Origin: Eubacteriales bacterium
GTDB lineage: Bacteria > Bacillota > Clostridia > Lachnospirales > JAVBKL01
Direction of reading: 5' to 3'
NCBI GenBank assembly: GCA_031554055.1
Contig: JAVBKL010000056.1
Span: forward strand, 645-64,644
DNA: 64,000 nt
Shown in pieces: positions 1 to 9,500 of this stretch (its first letter is position 1; every line of letters starts with the position of its first letter). A program made the translations under genes and the position numbers. Below the pieces are notes generated by a model. It did no database searches and was not told the origin of the DNA. It was given only the letters and a program-made list of their open reading frames with translations.

Positions 1-628
1 CTGCAAGCATAATCCCCTCATAATGCGACTGACACGCCCCCGCAATAATAATCAAACTATCCTTGTTTGGGTTGTACGCCCTTGCGGCTTTAATGGATTC
101 TATAAAATACCCCGAGCTGCGGTAGTTGTCCAAGTTTTCTAAATTCTCTTTCGTTGAGTTCTGCCCTGTGGAAAGCGAGTCGTGCCCCGTGAGCACCAGA
201 ATATTTGGCTGGTGTTTTTTTAGTAGCTCGGTTATCATTTGGCTCTGCTCTTTTTCTGCAATATTTTCGCCCACAGCCAAAATCCCAAGCTTCTCATAAT
301 ACTTTAAGTTTAGCTTTAAATATTCACGATCCGCATCAATATGCAAAACCGTCCCCGCTTTAAATTCTCTGCCCTTCGGAAGGTTTTTAGCACGGTCTAA
401 AAGGATTCGTTCCACCCTCTCGTCTATTGTTTTCACAAATATCTTTTTCACGTCAAGCAACCTGCTCTGCGAAATTTCTGTAAGTTCTTCCTGCTTGGCA
501 AACACCTTGAGCCTTGCGGTCATTCCTTGCAAAAGAAAGATTCCGTCGTCTATTACTTCTACCACTCTGAACAAAATATCGCAGTTATATGTTTTTCTCC
601 CTACTACAGAACCAATCTCAATCGGCAT
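1..628 (-). CDS. yabG: Sporulation-specific peptidase YabG (3' end runs off the window)
   Basis: Manual translation: MPIEIGSVVGRKTYNCDILFRV...GTVLHIDADREYL...PNILVLTGHD...IIAGACQSHYE, which are YabG (peptidase U57) motifs. GAGGGG RBS precedes the ATG at 628. Absent from the ORF track because it has no stop in the window. Confidence 0.9.
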   Translation of the reverse strand, partial: MPIEIGSVVGRKTYNCDILFRVVEVIDDGIFLLQGMTARLKVFAKQEELTEISQSRLLDVKKIFVKTIDERVERILLDRAKNLPKGREFKAGTVLHIDADREYLKLNLKYYEKLGILAVGENIAEKEQSQMITELLKKHQPNILVLTGHDSLSTGQNSTKENLENLDNYRSSGYFIESIKAARAYNPNKDSLIIIAGACQSHYEGIMLA

Positions 629-721
629 GATGATCCCCTCATACTCTGGCATACTTATGCATATGTGGAATGGGGCGACTTGTTCCAAGTTATATACTGC
701 GTCTCTAGCGTACACAGTTTA
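399..721. repeat. Source copy of an imperfect direct repeat (yabG 5' end plus upstream region)
   Basis: Blocks 399-413, 515-544 and 618-721 recur in the same order at 5213-5366. Confidence 0.85.
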
Positions 722-1463
722 AGCCTGTTAGTTTGTTATATTATTTCACTGCTTTATTGTAAAATAGAAAAGCATCCATTTGGGTGGGGGTGGGGATGCT
801 TCAATAGTGGAAATTTCTAGATGCCAATAGACTTTTTGATGAAAATGGCGAGGGCGTAAGGTATGTTAGCGAATTTAGGAACAAAAGCAAATAGTATAGT
901 GAACTATTAAATTATTTGTAGAATTTTAAGACCGGATGTGATATAATTTCTAACAGTAAATTGTTAGGTTTGAATGTTGGACGATGATGAAATGCAATAG
1001 GTTTCTATGTATTTATATAATGGGTGGATTGAGTATGTACCTAATTCTCCGTTTTGTGTGCAACCGTTTCTTCTGCAAATCCGGCAGCATTATGATTGGA
1101 CAATTACATAAATGTATATTAAAAATCGATGCTGATTAAGGCGTTTCAAATAGTTGCCTTGCCAAATCTCCATCATATAGTGTAATGGGTTATTGCAAGA
1201 ATTTGAAATAGTTTTTTATTTTCAAAATGGAACGGTATTTTCTATTTTATACTGTGCCATTTTATATTTACTTCAATAGCATTATGCCCACCGTTTCAAG
1301 AAGTTTGCCAGTCGTGATAATTTATAAGCGATGAAGACAATGTGGAACTTCTATCGAGTAAGCGGATATTAAGTATTTGCAAAATGTGTAATGAGTTGGT
1401 CAGCAGAACAATAATAAAAGGTTTTTAAATACTAACACGCATTTTAGCGAAAGGATATAAATT

Positions 1464-2714
1464 ATGAAAGAAAACAAATCAAAGAGAAAAACTATTATAT
1501 TACTTGGAATTTCAATCTTCATTTTTTTTATTTTAAGCCCAATGATTCTAACTATTAACTTAGTTTTATTAGCACCTGATGTAGGTAAGCATGGGGATTT
1601 ATTGAAATATGTAGAGGCTGTTATTAACTTTGAAAATATAGATAGTACGAAAAAAGAACTTGAAAAATCAGGTATACCCACAAGTGTAGACGCAGATAAA
1701 GTAACACAAACTCAAAAAAAGCTTGAAGAATGCAAAATTATTGCCCAAGAACGCATTGCATATACTAATAAAAAACTCTCCCAACATGGAATCGTTGTAG
1801 ATGAAACCTCAAAAAATAATTTAGTTAATTCATTGGGAGAATATGACTTAGAAGCCTTAAAATCAACAATAAATGTATATAGTACGACAAGTATTATTGC
1901 CTTGAGTAAATACATGGACACAAGAAGTGAATTTACAACCGAACCTGACTATACCAGACAATTAGCATTTCTAATTAGTAGTTTACAGGATGATATAATT
2001 AATAATGGTGGCAACAAAAACAATATCATTTACTTTGATGATCTAGGAAAAAAATTTGATTGTATAATACAAATTTTTTATTTAGTTGAGTTGTCTTGCT
2101 TAATATTTTTTATGTTAATGTACTATTATTATAAACTATGTGACATCATAAATGCTAGAAATGTAAAAGATTTTTTATTGTCACACAAAGAAGATTGTTT
2201 TTTTATTTGTACTTTATCTATTATTATAATATCGAATATTAGTGTTGCGTGTTCTAACTGTGCAACTTTAGTAAAATATCAAGATTTTATAAGACACGCA
2301 TATGGAGGTAATCAAACTGGTATTATAGCAAGTTTTTGTAATATATTCATAAGTGCATATCAATATACTTTCAAGACAGTCTTTATCGATTTATCTTTGA
2401 TTTTCATACTTCTCTTAGGTTTTTCCGAAGTAATTTTAGCAAGGTTGACAGACGAAAAAAACACGGAAATTGCAGTAAAAGATAAAGAAAATATGCGAGC
2501 CGAAATGAATCAAAGTTTTGAGACAATGTGTGAAGCGATAAGCTCTCGGGAAGAAAAAAATTTCAACAAGTTAACAGAAAAAATAAAGCAAGATGAGAAA
2601 AATATTACTTTGCTAATAAAAAAAATTGAGAGGCTTGAAAAACAACAAGTCCTATTTAAAAACAAGGATAGTAATCCAAAGCATGCACGCCCGAGAAGAT
2701 GGGATAGGTATTAA
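1464..2714 (+). CDS. Hypothetical multi-pass membrane protein with C-terminal coiled coil
   Basis: 416-aa ORF in AT-rich DNA with several hydrophobic segments; no family recognised. Confidence 0.7.
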   Translation: MKENKSKRKTIILLGISIFIFFILSPMILTINLVLLAPDVGKHGDLLKYVEAVINFENIDSTKKELEKSGIPTSVDADKVTQTQKKLEECKIIAQERIAYTNKKLSQHGIVVDETSKNNLVNSLGEYDLEALKSTINVYSTTSIIALSKYMDTRSEFTTEPDYTRQLAFLISSLQDDIINNGGNKNNIIYFDDLGKKFDCIIQIFYLVELSCLIFFMLMYYYYKLCDIINARNVKDFLLSHKEDCFFICTLSIIIISNISVACSNCATLVKYQDFIRHAYGGNQTGIIASFCNIFISAYQYTFKTVFIDLSLIFILLLGFSEVILARLTDEKNTEIAVKDKENMRAEMNQSFETMCEAISSREEKNFNKLTEKIKQDEKNITLLIKKIERLEKQQVLFKNKDSNPKHARPRRWDRY

Positions 2715-2843
2715 TTCCGCCTTAATGGCGTGGTTTTGCAACAAATGTAGAACTCACATAATAGTAAATTGTGATGCTGTATTTCTAAGCTATTATCCAT
2801 AAGCCTTTGGATTGAGGTTGAAAATGAACTGCCCATTATAAGC

Positions 2844-4496
2844 CAGCTTGTGTGAAAACTCATAAAAATGATAAAAGATATGGAAAAGAGATTATAGTAA
2901 TATCAAAAAACGTCTGAATATGGTATAATTAACCCATAAAATCAGGGGGGATAAGCCATATGGATAGATACAAAAAAGGCGATAATAGAAACCAATTAAC
3001 GATACAGCCTATGTGTCTTGATGATATGCTACCTCCTGATGCAGAAGTTCGTGCATTAGAAGTAATAATTGAAAAAATGGATATACCATCGCTGGGCTTT
3101 ACATATTCAGAAACAAAGCGTACAGGTAGAATGCCATATGACCCTGTAGATATGTTTAAGCTATATGCCTATGCATATTTTAATGGGATTTGTTCATCAC
3201 GTAAAATTGAGAGAGAATGCTATAGAAATATTGAATTACTGTGGTTATTAGATGGTCTTAAGCCAGATTTCAAAACAATAGCTGATTTTAGGAAGAATAA
3301 CAAAAAGCCAATAAAAGATGCTTTCAAAAAATTCAGCATGATATGCTGCGAACTAGGTTTGATAGGCAAAGAAATTATAGCAATAGATGGCAGTAAATTC
3401 AGGGCAAGTAACAGTCGCTTAGCTTATCATAGCGAGAAAAAAATAGATGAGAAAATTAAACACCATACAGAAAAAGCAGAACAGTATATGAGGCTTCTGG
3501 ATTCTTGCGACAAAGAAGAATCAGAGCAACCTAAGTACACAAGAGACGAATTAAACGAAAAAATAGATAAAATCAACAAACGTCTCGATGAGCTTCAAGT
3601 AATGAAAGAGGAAGTCAAAAAGAGTGGCACTATCTACGAAACAGACAAAGATTCTCGTATGATGAAAACCAACAATAATGGAATGGATATATGCCATAAT
3701 GTTCAGATCGCTGTTGATAACAAAAATCATCTTGTAGTTGCAGTAGATGTAACAAGCCAGCCTATTGATAAAGAGCAACTACATAACATAGCTTTGCAGG
3801 CAAAACAGGAAATTGAAGTGGAAAGTATAACTGCAATAGCTGATAAAGGTTATTACTCAGCGTTGCAGTTTTCAAAGTGTGCAGAAGACAATATTTATCC
3901 AATAGTTTCAAAAGCAAGTCACGCTCATATGGCAGCAACTGAAGAATATGGTAAAGAAGCATTTCGCTACGACGAAGAAAAAGGCGGATATATTTGTCCG
4001 GCAGGTGTTCTTTTGCTACCTTATAAAGCTACTTGTAAGAAAACGGATGATGTAAAATACAGAAATGTAGAAGCATGTTCTAAATGCAAAGATAAAGATA
4101 AATGCACGATTAACAAAAGTGGACGAACTATCAAAGACAGACCGCTACAGGAATTTTCACGAGAAGTTGATAGACGCACCAAAGCCAATATGGATACATA
4201 TCATCAAAGAAAACAGGTAGTAGAGCATCCATTTGGAACAGTAAAAAGGGCTTTTGGGTTTTCATATTTTCTTACTAGAGGAAATGAAAATGTGAGGGCT
4301 GAATCTGTGTTGCACTTTTTTGTGTACAACCTTAAAAGAGTTATAAATATCGTGGGAACGAAGGAGCTAGTGCAAGCTTTTAGGGGATAAATATTCCTCA
4401 TTTTTCTTGATAAATCTATAAAATGCAGAATATTATTGAATTTAATTTTTGCAAGCTTTATTTAGCTGTTTTGAAATATGGTTTTCACACAACCTC
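2844..4496 (+). mobile_element. IS1182-family insertion sequence, complete
   Basis: Terminal inverted repeats CAGCTTGTGTGAAAAC (2844-2859) and GTTTTCACACAACCTC (4481-4496). Flanked by a 4-bp target duplication AAGC (2840-2843 and 4497-4500). Single transposase. Confidence 0.92.
2960..4390 (+). CDS. IS1182-family DDE transposase
   Basis: Motifs GRMPYDP, SSRKIE, PDFKTIADFRK, AIDGSK, ADKGYYS, YICPAG and VEHPFGTVK. Confidence 0.95.
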   Translation: MDRYKKGDNRNQLTIQPMCLDDMLPPDAEVRALEVIIEKMDIPSLGFTYSETKRTGRMPYDPVDMFKLYAYAYFNGICSSRKIERECYRNIELLWLLDGLKPDFKTIADFRKNNKKPIKDAFKKFSMICCELGLIGKEIIAIDGSKFRASNSRLAYHSEKKIDEKIKHHTEKAEQYMRLLDSCDKEESEQPKYTRDELNEKIDKINKRLDELQVMKEEVKKSGTIYETDKDSRMMKTNNNGMDICHNVQIAVDNKNHLVVAVDVTSQPIDKEQLHNIALQAKQEIEVESITAIADKGYYSALQFSKCAEDNIYPIVSKASHAHMAATEEYGKEAFRYDEEKGGYICPAGVLLLPYKATCKKTDDVKYRNVEACSKCKDKDKCTINKSGRTIKDRPLQEFSREVDRRTKANMDTYHQRKQVVEHPFGTVKRAFGFSYFLTRGNENVRAESVLHFFVYNLKRVINIVGTKELVQAFRG

Positions 4497-4515
4497 AAGC
4501 AAACTGAAAAGCTAA

Positions 4516-5079
4516 GCGACAACCGCATCAATAAAAGCTAAAAGTGGAAATATTGCAGCATCACTATTTAAGTACACTGGCTCTAATAACCTAATCTACA
4601 ATAGAATATTATTTAATCCCAGCGCAATCAATGATTACGATGAGGATGAAAAAATTCTATTATATAAGGAAATGGCGTTTATGGATTCCGAATTTCGCAA
4701 ACAAGTGATTCCAGAAAATATTGTCGTTTATAGGTTTACACAGGAAAAGTATTTTAAACAATTGTTTAGCAAGTCAAAACCAAAAGTTGGAGAAATCTTT
4801 ATATGTAAAGGATTTACAAGCTCAACTCTATTTCCCGAAAGTTTATTGGAATTCGCTGAAAACCGTAACTATAACTGTATCTTAAAACTTTACTTGCCAA
4901 AAGGGAGTAAATGTGCCTATACCTATATATGGCAAAATAATAGATTGCCCGAACAGGAAATTTTACTCCCTACAAATTGTACATTCAGATTAATAAAAAA
5001 AGGAATTTGGTCACGAAAGCCAATGCCAATCTATGAGTGTATTTTGATTGAGCAAAGTGTAAACAAAGCACTTAAATAA
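4516..5079 (+). pseudogene. ADP-ribosyltransferase (VIP2/C3 exoenzyme-like) domain, probably 5'-truncated
   Basis: R-S-E signature: VYRF, GFTSSTL, PEQEILL. The frame extends upstream of ATG 4672 through YTGSNNLIYNRIL to a stop at 4513-4515, just downstream of the IS. Confidence 0.7.
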
Positions 5080-5212
5080 TTTTATTAATTTTAGCTTTTG
5101 GTACATTTCATAAGAAAAAGATATTTTCCCATTTCGCAATCTTTTCATGCCGCTATCTAATATTTTTAATAATTTGCATAAATAACCATTTGTCACATGT
5201 TCTGGTTCTACC

Positions 5213-5366
5213 AAAAGGATTCGTTCCGTGCGGTCATTGCTTGCAAAAGAAAGATTCCATTGTCAATCGGCTTGATGATCCCCTAGTATGCAAGCATACT
5301 TATGCATATGTGGAAAGGGGAGACTCGTTCCAAGTTTTATACATCGTCTGCGGCGTACACGGTTTA
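5213..5366 (-). pseudogene. Decayed, internally deleted duplicate of the yabG 5' end and upstream region
   Basis: Three collinear blocks match 399-413, 515-544 and 618-721. The ATG is changed to AAG. Confidence 0.8.
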
Positions 5367-5407
5367 TTGCCGAACATCAAAAAAATAACCCATCATGGGT
5401 TATCAAA

Positions 5408-5623
5408 TTAAATCTTATGATTGAAATACTCTGTTGTCACTTTCAGTTGCTTCTTTAAAATTTCTTTCCATAAGTGACCCTGTATCTCACCAGACCCTTT
5501 TGAAACTTTGGTTCTTTTCACTTCACCTTTTTCAAATTTTCTGTAAAAGTAGTGGTCTGTATCTTTATACAATTCCCACCCGTCTTTTTCACAAAAACGT
5601 TTTAATTCTTTCCAGCTTGGCAT
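5408..5623 (-). CDS. HicA-like type II toxin (mRNA interferase)
   Basis: 71-aa basic protein MPSWKELKRFCEKDGW...TDHYFYRK...WKEILKKQL; overlaps the upstream antitoxin gene. Confidence 0.75.
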   Translation of the reverse strand: MPSWKELKRFCEKDGWELYKDTDHYFYRKFEKGEVKRTKVSKGSGEIQGHLWKEILKKQLKVTTEYFNHKI

Positions 5624-6030
5624 ATAATTCTACCCCTGAGTTCGTCATCAGTAGCAGTCAGGATTTCTAGTACATACGGATAATGTTGTTTTCGGCTTCC
5701 AACATACCAATTCTCAATATCTTCATAATATTCTTGAGCATACTCACGCATGTCATTGATGAGATTACTAATGGATTCAGATTTATCTTTTCCATTTGAA
5801 ACCAAATCAAGTTCATTTAAGGATAGCGTTATGCTGCCATCATCTTCAATAAATTCGGAAGCATTTAACTGATAAGCACTCAGTATCTCGTTTAATAGTT
5901 CATATTTCAACAAAACTATATTATCACGCAACCTTGTTGCTATTATAGGTTTGTTCTTCCTAGCAATAATATCAAGATTTTCGCTAAAGTTATTTCGTAG
6001 TTCCGTAGCATTTAATGTGCTTAGCATCAA
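5602..6030 (-). CDS. Antitoxin with Phd/YefM-like N-terminus and acidic C-terminal domain
   Basis: N-terminal NATELRNNFSENLD...PIIATR pattern; acidic C-half; GGAGG RBS; upstream of a small basic toxin. Confidence 0.7.
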   Translation of the reverse strand: MMLSTLNATELRNNFSENLDIIARKNKPIIATRLRDNIVLLKYELLNEILSAYQLNASEFIEDDGSITLSLNELDLVSNGKDKSESISNLINDMREYAQEYYEDIENWYVGSRKQHYPYVLEILTATDDELRGRIICQAGKN

Positions 6031-6058
6031 TGCACCTCCTTAGCTCTTATTGTGTCTA

Positions 6059-6087
6059 ATTATATATTGCTCTATACGTAATGTCAA
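6059..6087 (-). promoter_or_regulatory. Sigma-A promoter of the TA operon
   Basis: Perfect TTGACA (6087-6082), 17-nt spacer, TATAAT (6064-6059) on the minus strand. Confidence 0.8.
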
Positions 6088-6512
6088 CAATGTATATTTT
6101 GTACGTTTTTTTAATTGTCACCACCTTACTTAAAAATTTATCTTTAAAACATGATCTCTTCACTGCTTCGTAATCCATGTAGTTGCTGTCTAATATAATG
6201 AAGTCAACATCGCCGGCTTCTGTCTGCAAACCCTCTGCACAAATGTTTACATTCACATGCGTTTAACCCTCTGGTCATTCCTTTTAAAAGAAAGAACCCA
6301 ACGTCTATCATCTCACCACATCGGGCAGAATCGCAGTTATACGCCTTTCGCTTAACTCAATCACCCTAATCAAACGCCCTACCCATCACAACCACTTTTT
6401 TATTCAAGTTTTGTATGCAACCCAACCCCCAAATATAGCCGTTTATGCTTCTCAAAGGGCGGTTTTTATGGTATTATCGACTCAATTTATACAACAACTC
6501 GAGGTGATAGAT

Positions 6513-9500
6513 TTGAAAAAAATGAACTTCGGTTTTCTCGCGATTTTGGGGATTTTTTGTTTATCGAGTGTTTTTTTCGCATCGGTTCAAGCAAGCCAAA
6601 TCGCAATCCAACCTGAAAAAATGATTAATATATCACAAACAGAAGATACGACTGTTTTAATAGACCGACTACTTTATTGTGCTTATCAAAGACTTGGGTA
6701 CAAAATGATTTTAACCGTTGAAGGAATGAACTCTGCCCTTGTATCTGCAAACTCTGGGTACTCCGACGGATTTTTGGCAAATGTACCGGGCATTGAAAAA
6801 AACTATCCAAACCTAATCCCTGTGCCCGAACAGTTTTCTTTTGTTGAGTTTATGTCGCTCACGCAAGCCGGCACAACAATTCCCCTTAAAGATTGGTCAG
6901 ACCTTTCGGGCAAAAAGGTTGGCTTTATGCAGCAGCGGCCATTTCTCGAAACCCATGTTCCAAGAACCGCAGACATAAAAAGATATTCAAGCATAAACGA
7001 GTTGATGGCGGCACTTAAGCAAGGCGAAATTGAAATTGCAATAACCCCTCTTGTGGGCGGAGCCAAGCCCTTGGTTGTTGACGGCACACAGGCAAACGGT
7101 GTCCTTGAGCGAATCAACAGCTACTCCTATGTAAACAAAAAGCATATCGACTTGGTGCCAAAATTAAGCCCAGTCTTGCAAGAGATGCGTGCAGACGGAA
7201 CCACCGAGAAAATCATGTCGGGCGAAATGACCTTTAACTCTTCGGATAATAAAGTTGTATTGTTAATCTCTTCTTACAGCGGCGAAACCAATTGGGAACA
7301 AACAATTGCCGATGGGCTGCGTGAAAACTTATCGAGCAACGTACCTTTTGAGCTATATCAAATCAATTTAAATTCCATTCGCTATGGTGATAACGAATAC
7401 CACTGGCAAATCATTTCTAACATGATCCACAAGGACTTTCTTGACAAAAATCCTGACATCGTGGTGACACTGGATAACGAGGCTCTCTCTTTTGTAAAAA
7501 AATATTACAACAGCACTTTTAACCAAACCCCTGTGGTTTTTTCTGGGGTAAACCAATTTACAGATCATGATTTAAATGGATATGAAGACAACATCACAGG
7601 TATAACAGAAGCAATTGCCGCAAAAGAAACTGTTACACAAATGCTCACCATGTTTCCGAATTCCAAAAAGATTTTTGTCATTAACGACTATACAGATTCT
7701 GGCAAGAGATGGCAAGCCGATATACAATCACAACTAGAAAGTTTTAAAGGTACACTAAATATTGAATATAACAAAAACATTTCGTTTGATGAACTGCTCA
7801 AAAAAATTAAAAGTCTACCGAAGGACAGTTTAATTCTTTCTGGTTTTTATTACAAAGATTCAACATTTAAAAGCTTTATGCAAGACGATATTCAAAGGCA
7901 GCTTTATGAAAACGCCAGTGTTCCGATTTTTGGTTTGTTCCCTGATTCCATCGGAAAAGGTCAACTTGGCGGAAAATACATAAGTGCTCTTGGCCAAGCA
8001 AAAAAAACGCATGACATGATGGAAAATATTATCATGAACAAAACAATCTCACATAACCCAATCGTCATGGATACGTCGGATTCTAGCGAGTGGATTTTTG
8101 ATTACAATATTTTAAAGGCGTGGAACATAAACGAAAGTGTACTGCCAAAAAATTCAAAACTAATCAATAAGCCGTTGAATATTTTTCAAAGAAACCCATT
8201 CCTTGTGTACTTGCTTGGGGCATCGGCCATTTTGATTGGTGTACTTGTGTATGTGATTCGTAACCAATTGAGATATTCAAGAGAGCTCTTGGCCACACAA
8301 AAAAGCTTGTTCTCAACCGAAGAACTGCTTGCTCGTGACAAGGCACTCGAAGAAGCAACCGAGCAACTTGACGCACTCGTATCCTCTGCACCTGTTGTGT
8401 TTATCGTCGCCTTGGATGGCGCGGTCGTTCTTGCAAACAAACATTCGAAGACAAAATACGGCGTGAATATTGGTGACAGGATAGAAAATTTTTATGTCGA
8501 ACCAAGTGCTCGTGAGGAATTTGTAAGAAGGGTTCACGAGCTAAAAAAAACCTCGGGCGAAACGCTTTGGGTTAAAACGATCTCAAACGAAAAGCGGCTG
8601 CTGTACGGAAACTTTGATGTGGTTGAACATAACCAAGCACAGCCCATTGCTTTTTGGGGCTTTGACATTACAGAACGAGAAAACAAAACATTGCTGTTAA
8701 AGCAACTCCAAACCGATTTAAAAAGCGTACTCGATACGTTACCGCTTGGTGTTTATATTTATGCCCAATCGTCTAAAAAACCTTTGTACGCAAACTTGGC
8801 CTATGCACAAATTTTCTGCTTGGACACAGGCGACGACTTACAGGCTTTTCAAGCATTTGACAACCCTGCTGCGGATTTTACAGACACACCCGATGAAATT
8901 TTGGAATACGAATACCAATTTCAATTTCCGAACAAGGATCGTGATGTGGTTGATGCAAAAGTGTTTGCCAGTAAAATTGTGTACAACGATGAAGCCGCCA
9001 TTTTATCCATCATAAGAGATGTGTCCGCAGATAAAAAGCAGACGCAAATGCTTGAGAAGATTGCAGCGCAAGAAAAAGAAGCCAATAAAATTAAAAACAA
9101 TTTCATCGTGAGCATGAGCCACGAAATTAGAACCCCCATGAACGCCGTGATTGGGCTTACAGAGATTGCCCTCACAAAGAATTATGAAAAAGAAGCCGCA
9201 GAAACTTTTAAGAAAGTGAATACCTCTGCCAAGCATCTGCTGAACATTATTAGCGATGCCCTTGATTTTTCAAAAATTGAGGCGGAAGAACTTGCCCTTT
9301 TAGAAGAGAATTTTGTTTTGTCAGATGTTCTTGCAAACGCTTCTTTGGTGGCTTCGCAGCGGATTGGTGACAAACGTGTTGAGATGCACCTTGACCTTGA
9401 CATAAACTTGCCCAATGTTTTGCATGGAGATAAAACAAGATTTTGGCAAGTGTTTAAAAACTTACTAGATAACTCCGCCAAATTTACAAACACAGGTCGA

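Noticed and set aside
495-820. Plus-strand ORFs 495-722 and 527-820, and the similar ORF 5190-5411
   Set aside because: They are antisense to yabG and its upstream region; their mutual similarity only reflects the DNA duplication.
830-1400. AT-rich intergenic stretch as a gene remnant or ncRNA
   Set aside because: No sustained ORF, motif or convincing structure could be identified by eye.
6056-6410. 66-aa ORF and flanking DNA between the TA pair and the first kinase
   Set aside because: It overlaps the TA promoter and has no clear RBS or recognisable motif.
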